Shown piece by piece: positions 1-9,414 of a stretch of DNA of 43,187 nt. Position 1 is the first letter of the stretch. The number at the start of each line of letters is the position of its first letter. Location: the NCBI GenBank assembly GCA_040002575.1, contig JBDUEG010000001.1:1-43187 (forward strand), read 5' to 3'. Position numbers and translations under genes: made by a program. The notes below the pieces were generated by a model that saw nothing but the letters and a program-made list of their open reading frames with translations, searched no databases and was not told the DNA's origin. The DNA comes from Ginsengibacter sp. GTDB taxonomy: Bacteria > Bacteroidota > Bacteroidia > Chitinophagales > Chitinophagaceae.

Positions 1-22
1 TTTGTGTAAAACAAACGGGCAT

Positions 23-370
23 ATGATAGATATAACCGGGACTAATGTTACGATTATGGCTAAGGATATGGATGTAGCCATAAATTTTTACGAAAGCATA
101 GGTCTTAATTTGCAAAACCGATGGGGTGATCATTATGCGATGATGACCACCACCGGAATAACTATCGGAATACATCCGGCAAACCAGGAAACCGATCTCA
201 CTTCGGGAAGCGTATCTATTGGTTTTATGCCGGATAGTTTGGAAGAAGCAAAAGAATTGCTTCATAAAAATAATATTGCCTTTAAAATCGATGATGGCAA
301 ATCCGGTGCTTACCTGCACTTCAAGGATCCTGATGGGACTGTTTTGTATTTTGTTAAACCTAAATGGTAG
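23..370 (+). CDS. VOC/glyoxalase/bleomycin-resistance family protein
   Basis: About 115 aa with VOC hallmarks DMDVAINFYESIGL and YLHFKDPDGTVL. ATG at 23 chosen; the frame is open to the window edge. Confidence 0.8.
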   Translation: MIDITGTNVTIMAKDMDVAINFYESIGLNLQNRWGDHYAMMTTTGITIGIHPANQETDLTSGSVSIGFMPDSLEEAKELLHKNNIAFKIDDGKSGAYLHFKDPDGTVLYFVKPKW

Positions 371-416
371 TTGAATCGTGAATTATCCCTACTAAATTGC
401 AAAGATGGTTTAAGTT

Positions 417-1148
417 ATGATGGAGCCAAAGCATGATATAATAAAAATGGATTTCCAGGTGGGAAGGTTTATCACTTTCAGCGATGGTGTGTTTGCAATC
501 GTCATTACAATTATGGTCTTTGAATTGAAAGTTCCTGAAATAAAATTTCCGGATGTTCCATCTGATCAACTGTTGTGGCAACGGCTTTCAAATATGGGAT
601 TAAAATTTCTTAGTTTTTTTATCAGCTATATTGTAGTAGGACACTACTGGTCCGTTCATCATCGCATATACGGATATGCTTTAAGATACACAACAGGGCT
701 TTTATGGATAAACCTGGGATTTCTGTTAACGGTGGCTGTGCTACCATTTAGTTCAGATCTACTGGGAGAATACAGTTCTGATAATGGAATGAAGATTCCA
801 TATGCAGTGTATGTTTTAAACATATGCCTTGTTGCTCTTATGAATACCTGGATGTGGATATATATCAGTAAGCCTAACAGGGATTTGCTGACACGAAAAA
901 TTTCTGCCGCTCGAATTAAACTGGGAGTCTACCGAAGCCTGGTTATTCCCATCATATTTGTGATATCTTTCCTCGTATCTTTAATTTTCCCGGCGCCTTC
1001 CCGCCTTATGTTGCTACTAATCCCAGCCATACTTCAGTGGGGCATGGGTGGCCTTGAAAGAAAAGCGAACCGCGATGAGATAAAGGAATTAAACGCTACC
1101 TCTATAGAAAAAATAAAAGAAGAAGAAAACAAAGAGTCGCCAGAATAA
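417..1148 (+). CDS. TMEM175 (DUF1211) family potassium channel
   Basis: N-terminal RFITFSDGVFAIVITIMV (FSD motif), YWSVHH motif, about 6 hydrophobic segments. Confidence 0.85.
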   Translation: MMEPKHDIIKMDFQVGRFITFSDGVFAIVITIMVFELKVPEIKFPDVPSDQLLWQRLSNMGLKFLSFFISYIVVGHYWSVHHRIYGYALRYTTGLLWINLGFLLTVAVLPFSSDLLGEYSSDNGMKIPYAVYVLNICLVALMNTWMWIYISKPNRDLLTRKISAARIKLGVYRSLVIPIIFVISFLVSLIFPAPSRLMLLLIPAILQWGMGGLERKANRDEIKELNATSIEKIKEEENKESPE

Positions 1149-1178
1149 AAGTAAAAATTCATCTTAAAAAAGCAAATA

Positions 1179-1490
1179 ATGCCCACAGAACAATATCACG
1201 AACCAGTTGGTGAGTTAAGCCAGGAAACAAGAACATTCGCAAGAATGATTCAATCTTTAATTGAAGAAGCAGACGCTATTAATTGGTACGAGCAAAGAAT
1301 AAGCGTTGAAAAAGATAAACATGCAAAAGCAATTATGATTAATGCTCAAAAAGAGGAGTTTAAACACTTTAGCATGGATCTTGAATTTTTACTTAGAAAA
1401 AATAATCATTGGAGAACGATGGTTAAAAATATTGTTTTGCAATCCGGGGATATCGTGAAAAACGCTGAGAAAGCTGAAGAGAAAATATAA
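1179..1490 (+). CDS. Encapsulated-ferritin-like (EncFtn/Flp) protein
   Basis: YHEP..EL, SLIEEADAINWYEQR and EEFKHFSMDLEFL match the two-helix EncFtn pattern (EExxAxxWYxQR ... EExxH). Confidence 0.8.
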   Translation: MPTEQYHEPVGELSQETRTFARMIQSLIEEADAINWYEQRISVEKDKHAKAIMINAQKEEFKHFSMDLEFLLRKNNHWRTMVKNIVLQSGDIVKNAEKAEEKI

Positions 1491-1716
1491 AACCTTACAT
1501 CTTCCTTCGGCGTATATATTTTAAGATAATTTCAGAAGGGTTTAATAAGAGGAATAATAATTTTTAAGTTGTTGCGTTTAAATTATGTATCCATAACCCT
1601 ATAAAAACAACTTATCATGATCGTAAAAGAAATCGTTTGTGAACTTCTCATCGCCACACACATCCTGTTATATATTCAATCAAGATTAGAGAGAATAAAC
1701 CCTGGTGAATAAAATA

Positions 1717-1736
1717 TTATTGATTTATATCAATAA
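1717..1736. promoter_or_regulatory. Perfect inverted repeat containing an FNR-type box (TTGAT-N4-ATCAA)
   Basis: TTATTGAT-ttat-ATCAATAA read directly, about 90 nt upstream of the methyltransferase ATG. Confidence 0.4.
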
Positions 1737-1824
1737 GTCTCCACTCAGAAATTAAGCTAGCATCCTTAAGCATTTATTATCTTCCCATTTTATATAAATT
1801 GAGGTCTTAATTTTTTATATAATA

Positions 1825-3357
1825 ATGGAAGCGACATCGACCGGTGTTATCACTCAATTATTGAAGGAACTTCGTGCGTTTATGCCGGAAGCTTTTTGCA
1901 ATGGAAAATTAGAGGTGGAGAAATTAAAATTTCTTTTGGGTTCCGATTCAGTTTATGAAGAGGAACGCTTTGAGCTTACCTGGCCAGGCAAATCCGCCGC
2001 ATATCAATTGGCTAATTCTCTTTCTGCCGGTACACTTGTATCCTATCCAAAAGATTCCATAAACTGGAATGCAACCGAAAATATTTTTATTGAAGGAGAA
2101 AATCTTGATGCCCTTAAGATTCTCCAGGAAGATTATTTTGGTAAAATCAAAACCATTTACATTGATCCACCCTATAATACAAGAAATAACAGCTTCACTT
2201 ATGGCGATAAGTTTTCTATAACCTCACGCGAATATCTTAGCCGAAATGATCACCGTAGTAAGAAGGTAAATACAAGAGAAGCGTTAGTAAATGAAAACAA
2301 TCACAACGGTCACTTTCACACCAACTGGCTTTCTATGATTTATCCACGGCTCATTCTTGCTCGAAAGCTGCTTCGTGAAGATGGAATCATTTTCGTGAGT
2401 ATCGATGATAATGAACTTGCCAATCTGAAAATTATCATGGATGAAATATTCGGCGGTGATAATTATATAGATATTTTTTGCTGGGCGAAATCGGAAACCC
2501 CTGCAAACCTTTCCAGGAAAAGTAAAAAGATTGTAGAATATATTCTGTGCTATCAAAAGAATAAAACTTCTGAAAAATTTAAAGGGTTAAGGAAAAGAAG
2601 TATCAGCTCAAACGGCTTGCTGAACCAATCGAATAAATTAAATACGTTGGTATTTCCCTCAAATATTGTAAGAACAAATATTGCAGACCAGGTAATAGAA
2701 AAGGGAATGTATGGAACTGATAAATACCATATTGAATTGCTGGAAAAGACCGAGGTAAAAAATGGCCTGTTTGTTTCGCCTGTTTCATTGAAAGCGAAAT
2801 TTAAATGGACGCAGCCAAAGCTAAATATGGAGATCGGCAAAGGAACGACTATCAGTATTCCTACTATGCGCTTTAGCCCGTCTTATGAGCGGCCTGAATA
2901 TGATGCTGAAGTTCCGGCAAACCTTATTAATTCCAAAGTTGGTGTAGCAACCAACGAGACAGCAGGGAAGGATTTGCAATTATTGTTTGGCGCTAAGGTC
3001 TTTGATTTTCCGAAACCTCCTTCTCTCATTAAATATCTATTAGGATTCTCGGATGATCCGGAAGGAATCATTTTGGATTTTTTCGCCGGATCCGGATCTA
3101 CCGCCCAGGCAGTTTTGGAGATGAACGCGAAAGATAATGGTAACAGGAAGTTCATATGTGTGCAACAGAATGAAAAGACGCCTGCCTTATCAATTGCCAG
3201 GGAATACGGCTTTGATAACATTTCACAGATTACAAAAAAAAGGATTGAGCTGGTAATAGAAAAGCAAATATCATCACTGACGTATAATATGCCTGGCCAG
3301 CCAGGCTTTAGGTATTACAAAATTGTAACTCCCGGTTTAGAAATCCAGGAAACATAA
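1825..3357 (+). CDS. Site-specific amino-DNA methyltransferase, beta class, Type III Mod-like, C-terminally short
   Basis: FELTWPGK, NIFIEGENLDALK, IYIDPPYNT (motif IV), HTNWLSMIYPRL, FVSIDDNE, FDFPKP, LDFFAGSGST (motif I). Order IV-TRD-I. Confidence 0.9.
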   Translation: MEATSTGVITQLLKELRAFMPEAFCNGKLEVEKLKFLLGSDSVYEEERFELTWPGKSAAYQLANSLSAGTLVSYPKDSINWNATENIFIEGENLDALKILQEDYFGKIKTIYIDPPYNTRNNSFTYGDKFSITSREYLSRNDHRSKKVNTREALVNENNHNGHFHTNWLSMIYPRLILARKLLREDGIIFVSIDDNELANLKIIMDEIFGGDNYIDIFCWAKSETPANLSRKSKKIVEYILCYQKNKTSEKFKGLRKRSISSNGLLNQSNKLNTLVFPSNIVRTNIADQVIEKGMYGTDKYHIELLEKTEVKNGLFVSPVSLKAKFKWTQPKLNMEIGKGTTISIPTMRFSPSYERPEYDAEVPANLINSKVGVATNETAGKDLQLLFGAKVFDFPKPPSLIKYLLGFSDDPEGIILDFFAGSGSTAQAVLEMNAKDNGNRKFICVQQNEKTPALSIAREYGFDNISQITKKRIELVIEKQISSLTYNMPGQPGFRYYKIVTPGLEIQET

Positions 3358-3383
3358 AATCACAGGAGGTATTATTATGAATA

Positions 3384-3965
3384 ATGCAGCACTTCATGCT
3401 GGTTGATAATTTTGATTTTAAAATAAACTATCACAAAGCACATGTTCGTGCCATTGCGATGGTAGAGAATGAACTGTATTCACGTTTCGGCTTATCAAAT
3501 GAAAGTCGTATTGAGAAAGCTTTGTTAGGGTGCATTGGTGAATTAGCTTTTGAGCACATGCTCATTCAAAAAAAATTCTCATTTAAAGTTGACAGGGAAA
3601 ATTATAAAAGCAGAAACTCTGATGAGTATGATTTTTTAATCAATAGTAAAAAGCTTGATGTAAAGGTTGCAAAGAAATCGACTTCGAATCATCCAAACGA
3701 TAACTGGACGTATGGATACCCAAGCGAACAAAAGCCTGCTTTAAAAGATTTCATAATTGTTGGTTGGGTGGATTTTATAAATGAGGCAGTAGGGTTTTAT
3801 GGATGGACTACCGGCAACCTGGTAGATAAATGTCCCGTCGTAAATTCCAATAGTTATAAAGGTTATAAATACCTGACGCCTAATCACGAATTCAAATGGG
3901 GCGCATTGAATAAAAGCTTTGAGCAGCTATTCGAAAACATTTTTGCGCCAGCAAAATTCATTTAG
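3384..3965 (+). CDS. Putative PD-(D/E)xK-type endonuclease, candidate restriction partner of the methyltransferase
   Basis: GCIGELAF helix, then DEYDF and LDVK, a typical E..D..D-x-K arrangement. 26 nt gap downstream of the MTase, same strand. Confidence 0.55.
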   Translation: MQHFMLVDNFDFKINYHKAHVRAIAMVENELYSRFGLSNESRIEKALLGCIGELAFEHMLIQKKFSFKVDRENYKSRNSDEYDFLINSKKLDVKVAKKSTSNHPNDNWTYGYPSEQKPALKDFIIVGWVDFINEAVGFYGWTTGNLVDKCPVVNSNSYKGYKYLTPNHEFKWGALNKSFEQLFENIFAPAKFI

Positions 3966-4070
3966 GTAATTCAACATTTGCTTGCCGTTAAGTATTTAAT
4001 ATTATTAAAAAAGGCTAAAAAACTTTAACTTAGGATCCACATTTTTATTTCATAATAACAAATAATTGCC

Positions 4071-4961
4071 ATGGAAAACTTTCAACGCAATTTCACTTCA
4101 GAGGAAACTAATCCACTAGCAAGTCTCGATGAGTGGGAAGATGATGTTTTGCTGCGCTATCCTGAACCCGCCAATATTGCCGCCGTAAAAACAACTGGTG
4201 AGTATCGTAATTATGACGAACCTTCAAGAGACACTGTAAAGGAATTTTACCGCCTTAATCACACTTATCAAACCTATGATTTTGTGCAGGAAAAGAGAAA
4301 GAATTATTTACAATTTGATAAGAAAGAAATGCCAGTCTGGGAGGCTTTCCAGTTTTTGAATCAATTGGTAGATGATTCAGATCCCGATACAGACCTGGAT
4401 CAGTTTCAACATTTACTACAAACATCGGAAGCTATTCGCAGGGACGGTCATCCTGACTGGATGGTGCTTGTGGGCCTGATGCACGATATGGGGAAAGTGC
4501 TTTGTTTATTTGGCGAGCCTCAATGGGCTGTGGTGGGTGATACATTTCCTGTTGGTTGTGCATATTCCGATAAGATTGTTTACCCGGAATTTTTCAAAAA
4601 TAATCCCGACTATTCTCAGTCTGACTATCAATCACAACTTGGTGTCTATAAAAAAAGCTGTGGCTTACGAAATGTAACTATGTCGTGGGGCCATGATGAA
4701 TATGTTTATCAAATGCTAAAGGATCGCATTCCTGAAAGTGGTTTATACATGCTTCGTTATCATTCATTCTATGCATGGCATCGGGAGGGTGAGTATGAAT
4801 ACCTGCTTGATGATCATGATAGGGAAATGCTAAAATGGGTGAAGCTGTTCAATCCATATGATTTGTATTCTAAAAATCCAGAGCCACCAGACTGGAAAAA
4901 ATTGAGGTCTTATTACGAGAATCTTGTTGAGAAATACTTACCATCAAATTTAAGATTTTAA
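4071..4961 (+). CDS. miox: myo-inositol oxygenase (HD-domain di-iron)
   Basis: LVDDSDPD, QHLLQTSEAIR, MHDMGK, EPQWAVVGDTFPVGC, SWGHDEY, RYHSFY, YDLYSK. All canonical MIOX metal-ligand motifs present. Confidence 0.92.
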   Translation: MENFQRNFTSEETNPLASLDEWEDDVLLRYPEPANIAAVKTTGEYRNYDEPSRDTVKEFYRLNHTYQTYDFVQEKRKNYLQFDKKEMPVWEAFQFLNQLVDDSDPDTDLDQFQHLLQTSEAIRRDGHPDWMVLVGLMHDMGKVLCLFGEPQWAVVGDTFPVGCAYSDKIVYPEFFKNNPDYSQSDYQSQLGVYKKSCGLRNVTMSWGHDEYVYQMLKDRIPESGLYMLRYHSFYAWHREGEYEYLLDDHDREMLKWVKLFNPYDLYSKNPEPPDWKKLRSYYENLVEKYLPSNLRF

Positions 4962-5002
4962 TAAAGGCAAAGACATTTGCAGCCTTTGCAGAGCTATGCG
5001 TT

Positions 5003-6649
5003 CTAATAAAAGATCGTATATAACGCAGCTAATATTCCAACAATAACTGTCGATCCAATGATGAATGCAGGTGAACATCTAAACATGGATGTATCAATTT
5101 CTATTACATTTAAATTATTCCTGCTTCTCTTATCGGCAAGGCTTATTACTATCATCAGCAACATTAAAATAATAAAAACCAGCCCCATTCTATTCATAAA
5201 CGGAATATCAGGAAAAGCTCCATTACTCCAGCCAGGAAGAAATTTTAAAACAGTTGAAAGAGGGATTGTTAGTATTGCTGAAGTAAGTGCAGCTGCCGAC
5301 GTTGTTCGTTTCCAAAAGAAACCCAGGAGGAAGATGGATAACACACCAGGTGAAATAAATCCTACATATTCCTGGATAAACTGGTAAGCCTGGTCAAGAT
5401 TCCTCAATGCCGGAGCTACGAGGGTTGCCAACGCCATTGCCACAACTATAGTGATTCGTCCGGTCTTAATCAGCTTTTTTTCAGTAGCGTTTTTGTCAAA
5501 AAATTTTCTATAAATATCTAACGAAAAAATAGTTGAAATACTATTTGCTTTGCCTGCAAGAGAAGCAACTATGGCTGCGGTGAGTGCCGCAAACGCAAGC
5601 CCCTTCAGTCCGTCAGGTAGTAAATTCATAAGTGTCGGATAGGAATGGTCCGGCTTAATAATTCCGCTTGCATCAGCCATCTCTCCGTGAAACATTCCAT
5701 TTTGATACATCACAAACATAGTAATGCCAGGAATCACAACGATGAGGGGTACCAGCAGTTTTAAGAAAGCCGCAAATAAGATTCCCTTTCTCGCAGTGGG
5801 TAAGCTAGCGCCCAAAGCACGCTGCGTGATATATTGATTACATCCCCAGTAGTTAAGGTTATTGATCCACATACCTCCTATTAAAACTGATAAGCCCGGC
5901 AGATCTTTATAGTAAGGATTTGCCTTATCGAATATCATATGAAAGTGTGAGGGAGCCTTATCCCTTATTATGCTAAGTCCTTTAAGAATATTTTTACCAA
6001 ATCCAAAATGTTCGGATACTAACGTTAAGGCAAGATAGCATGTTACCAATCCACCCATTATAAGAACAAGCACTTGTATCACATCGGTGTAGCCAATCAC
6101 CTTCATGCCTCCGAGCGTGACAACAATTGAAAAAATACCAAGACCAACCATGCACCATATAAAGCTGATTCCTGAAATAGAGTTCACTGCAAGCGCCCCA
6201 AGATAAATGATGGACGTAAGGTTCACAAAAACATACACAAGCAACCAGAAAATCGCCATAACAGTACTAACCGTATCATTATATCTCTTAGATAAAAATT
6301 GTGGCATAGTAAAAATCCGGTTCTTCAGGTAAATAGGAATGAAAAAAATTGCAATGATGATAAGTGTTGCCGAGGCCATCCATTCATAACTTGAAATAGC
6401 TAATCCCAGTGCAAAGCCTGAGCCTGACATACCAATAAAATGCTCCGCAGAAATATTGGATGCAATGAGGGAAGCGCCGATGGCCCACCATGTAAGAGAA
6501 CCTTCTGCGAGAAAAAAATCCTTAGAATCCATCTCACCGGATTTCTTTTGATGGTGCATCCTGCGATGGTACACCCGATAACCATAGCCTGCTACTACTA
6601 TAAAATAAATAAAGAAAACGACATAATCCAGGAAGTGCAAATGGTTCAT
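5003..6649 (-). CDS. Sodium:solute symporter, SGLT/sugar-type
   Basis: FFLAEGSLTWWAIGASLIASNISAEHFIGMSG, YEW, YWGCNQYITQRAL; many TM helices; vSGLT-like. Confidence 0.9.
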   Translation of the reverse strand: MNHLHFLDYVVFFIYFIVVAGYGYRVYHRRMHHQKKSGEMDSKDFFLAEGSLTWWAIGASLIASNISAEHFIGMSGSGFALGLAISSYEWMASATLIIIAIFFIPIYLKNRIFTMPQFLSKRYNDTVSTVMAIFWLLVYVFVNLTSIIYLGALAVNSISGISFIWCMVGLGIFSIVVTLGGMKVIGYTDVIQVLVLIMGGLVTCYLALTLVSEHFGFGKNILKGLSIIRDKAPSHFHMIFDKANPYYKDLPGLSVLIGGMWINNLNYWGCNQYITQRALGASLPTARKGILFAAFLKLLVPLIVVIPGITMFVMYQNGMFHGEMADASGIIKPDHSYPTLMNLLPDGLKGLAFAALTAAIVASLAGKANSISTIFSLDIYRKFFDKNATEKKLIKTGRITIVVAMALATLVAPALRNLDQAYQFIQEYVGFISPGVLSIFLLGFFWKRTTSAAALTSAILTIPLSTVLKFLPGWSNGAFPDIPFMNRMGLVFIILMLLMIVISLADKRSRNNLNVIEIDTSMFRCSPAFIIGSTVIVGILAALYTIFY

Positions 6650-6767
6650 ACAATCGTTAGTTATATGGATAATGGAAAGTAAAGAAATAAGCTGATTGTA
6701 TGAATTATTTCAACGCAATCATTTTAAAAATAACCAGAAGTACTTATTATCCATTTTGATTAAATTA

Positions 6768-7070
6768 TTATTTAATTATGTCCAATGTAATAAGCATTGT
6801 GGTCACGAAAAGTAAGAACAGCCCGGAAAGAAAAATTACATCAGCAACTTTTTCAAAGCGATCGCTATTTGATTTTTTATTGCGCATTGACAGGAAAGAA
6901 AGCACGCTACTTATCATAAACATGACCATGGCGACTGAAGTGAATTCATCAATAATTGTTTTTCCATTCAGATTAAGCACTCTCAAAGACGTGAGGACAA
7001 TAAAACAAAATCCTAATAGATTGGAGGAAGTGTTTAAAATGTGGGGAGACTTGTCATTTCTGTTTTCCAT
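6768..7070 (-). CDS. Small hypothetical membrane protein (about 3 TM)
   Basis: 100 aa ORF with three hydrophobic stretches, co-oriented downstream of the FUSC gene. Confidence 0.7.
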   Translation of the reverse strand: MENRNDKSPHILNTSSNLLGFCFIVLTSLRVLNLNGKTIIDEFTSVAMVMFMISSVLSFLSMRNKKSNSDRFEKVADVIFLSGLFLLFVTTMLITLDIIK

Positions 7071-7128
7071 AATTATTGATTTCTTTAATGAGAAAACTTA
7101 TGTATAAAAAGGTGCTTCTTTTAAGCAT

Positions 7129-9261
7129 TCATTCTGCAATCAGCTGTGTTATTTTACCTATATCTACCGCAACTTTATGAATAAAATTCAGTTGGCCTTC
7201 CAGTTGTTTGTTAGAATTTTCTTTTTCTTCAAAAAAATTAGACGCTATTTCTTTAGTTGTATCGGTGGTATAATTTTCATCCAGTTGTTGCAGAGAATTA
7301 TCAAGGATGCCAAGAGAACGTTTAACCGGTTCAAGAGTTTCCCGCGAGTACGAGTTGTGCCCGCTAATGGTGAGGCTTGCAGTGAGCGAAGCGATGTTTG
7401 ATGACAACACATGATTAAGTACCACGAATTCATAGATCTCGGTAGCATGCTGTTGTTTACTTTTCGGCTCACTAAGCATACGGTGGAAAGCGGCAGCAAG
7501 ATTGGCGGTGCTTACAAACAATTCCTTTCTTACGAGATTGTATTCAAGCGAAGAAACTTTTTTGCCAAGAAGAATGTCGGAAAGGCTTTTCAAATAGTTA
7601 AGGTTTGCTTTTAAAACGCTTGCCATATAGCCCGGTAATTGTTTGGATTCCCAATACGGAAAGAGAAAATAACTTGCCACGAACGCCAGTAATGATGCTA
7701 TAGCAGTATCAAGTAATCGCTCCCCTGCAACGTCTAATATTCCAAGGCCCAGAAAATTAAAAAGAATGAGCAGGTATGGCGTCATAAAAATTACCATCAC
7801 AATATATTTTAGCCTCACATAAGTATATGTGCCAACCATGAAGAAAGCCATGATAAAAAATAAAATTCTGCTATCATGTATAAACGTGATAAGGGCCAGT
7901 CCAATTAAACCACCCACCAGTGTTCCGGTAAACCTTTCGAAATTTCGTTGTTTAGTAAGACTGAACCCTGGCTTTAAAATGATAATGATTGTAAGAAGGA
8001 TCCAGTAACTGTGATGGCCATAACTTATTAATTTTGAAATAGTAAACCCTGCGCCACACGTGATCATCATCCTTAAGGAGTGCCTGAAAACAGAGGACTC
8101 CAGCGTTAGGTTATTTTTGAAGACAGTGATATCTATTGGTTGATGAGAAACAAATTTGGAGTACTCCAGAGGAGTTCTTACTTCTCTGTCAATCTTTCTT
8201 TTTTTATCAAAATAATTAAGAATATCCCCAATCTTTATTTCAATACTGCGAAAGTTCACCAATATTCTTTTTAGCATGAAATTGCTCGTTCCGCTTTCTC
8301 CAATTGAATTGATCCGGATTCTTAATCTTTCAAGATCAGGGATAAAGTCATATCGCTTTTCATAGTTCGAATTGGATTGGATTGCCTGGCCAATGTTATC
8401 AAGTTCTATAGAAAAAATATTTAGTATGCGTGCGACTTCATCAAGAATTCCGGTATCCCCGAATTTCTTTCGTATTAAATAAAAGTCATACCAATTGGCC
8501 ATAATAATTTCATAGAGATCAACAATCCCTGCAAAAGTTATAACAAGCCTTCGGCCAGTTGTAGTGGACTCTCTTAGTAACTCCCTGTTTTTAAACAACA
8601 GGTCACGCACAGCATTTTGTTTATCATTTACAACAATTTGCTGTTCTACCAATTTATGATATTCTTTTTCGATGTTGGTATTGGTTGCAAAAAGCGAAGA
8701 TTTTATACGGAGAAATTTAGCCGTTTCATGTACACAATCACCTAACGACCTTTGTGCCGGTCTATAAGGTGTGAACCTATAAAACAAAAGAGCTATTAGC
8801 ATATACCAAACCCCACCGGCTAATATGAGAAGACTATTAGATAATACTTGTGATGGCAGAAGCACAGTTGACATTCTCAATATAAGGATTAACAATGCCG
8901 CGGTACCAACGGAGCTGGCCCTGTTTCCAAACACTGTAAACATGGTGAAAAAGAAAGAGCAGAACAATATCAGCAGCCCTAACAAAAAGATATTGTGGTT
9001 AAGAAGACCAGTCAATAATGCCAAAGCGAAAACAAAAAGATTGCAGTATAGCATGCCATTTCGCTTATGTTCAACGGGGCCGGGGGCATCTGCTATGCTT
9101 ACACATAAAGCCCCAACTGAAATGGAGATTCCCGTGGTTAACATTCCAAGCTGCGCAAAGATTACAGATGGCAAAAGTATTTCAAGAGTAATCCTTATAC
9201 CGTCGGCAAGGTATTGGCTAAATAAAAAATACCTGATGTTTTGTGTGCTACCTTTCAGCAT
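7129..9261 (-). CDS. FUSC family (YccS/YhfK-like) inner membrane protein
   Basis: Two TM clusters separated by a soluble region; FRHSLR, HSYWILLT, LKPGFSLTKQR..ERFTGTLVG, RLLDT. Confidence 0.85.
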   Translation of the reverse strand: MLKGSTQNIRYFLFSQYLADGIRITLEILLPSVIFAQLGMLTTGISISVGALCVSIADAPGPVEHKRNGMLYCNLFVFALALLTGLLNHNIFLLGLLILFCSFFFTMFTVFGNRASSVGTAALLILILRMSTVLLPSQVLSNSLLILAGGVWYMLIALLFYRFTPYRPAQRSLGDCVHETAKFLRIKSSLFATNTNIEKEYHKLVEQQIVVNDKQNAVRDLLFKNRELLRESTTTGRRLVITFAGIVDLYEIIMANWYDFYLIRKKFGDTGILDEVARILNIFSIELDNIGQAIQSNSNYEKRYDFIPDLERLRIRINSIGESGTSNFMLKRILVNFRSIEIKIGDILNYFDKKRKIDREVRTPLEYSKFVSHQPIDITVFKNNLTLESSVFRHSLRMMITCGAGFTISKLISYGHHSYWILLTIIIILKPGFSLTKQRNFERFTGTLVGGLIGLALITFIHDSRILFFIMAFFMVGTYTYVRLKYIVMVIFMTPYLLILFNFLGLGILDVAGERLLDTAIASLLAFVASYFLFPYWESKQLPGYMASVLKANLNYLKSLSDILLGKKVSSLEYNLVRKELFVSTANLAAAFHRMLSEPKSKQQHATEIYEFVVLNHVLSSNIASLTASLTISGHNSYSRETLEPVKRSLGILDNSLQQLDENYTTDTTKEIASNFFEEKENSNKQLEGQLNFIHKVAVDIGKITQLIAE

Positions 9262-9414
9262 TATTATTCCGGATCTTCTGCAAAGAAAGTGAGTAATTAT
9301 TACTAATAGTTTTTTAGATTAATCCGGGTGAAACGAATTGTTTGTTAACAAGTCATTTGAAAACAAATAATATATTTCACCTCCAAAATTTTATTTTTGT
9401 AAGCAAGCAAAACG

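Noticed and set aside
1825-3965. Phase-variable mod (phasevarion)
   Set aside because: No simple sequence repeat tract in the MTase. The A8 run at about 3568-3575 in the next gene is unremarkable in AT-rich DNA.
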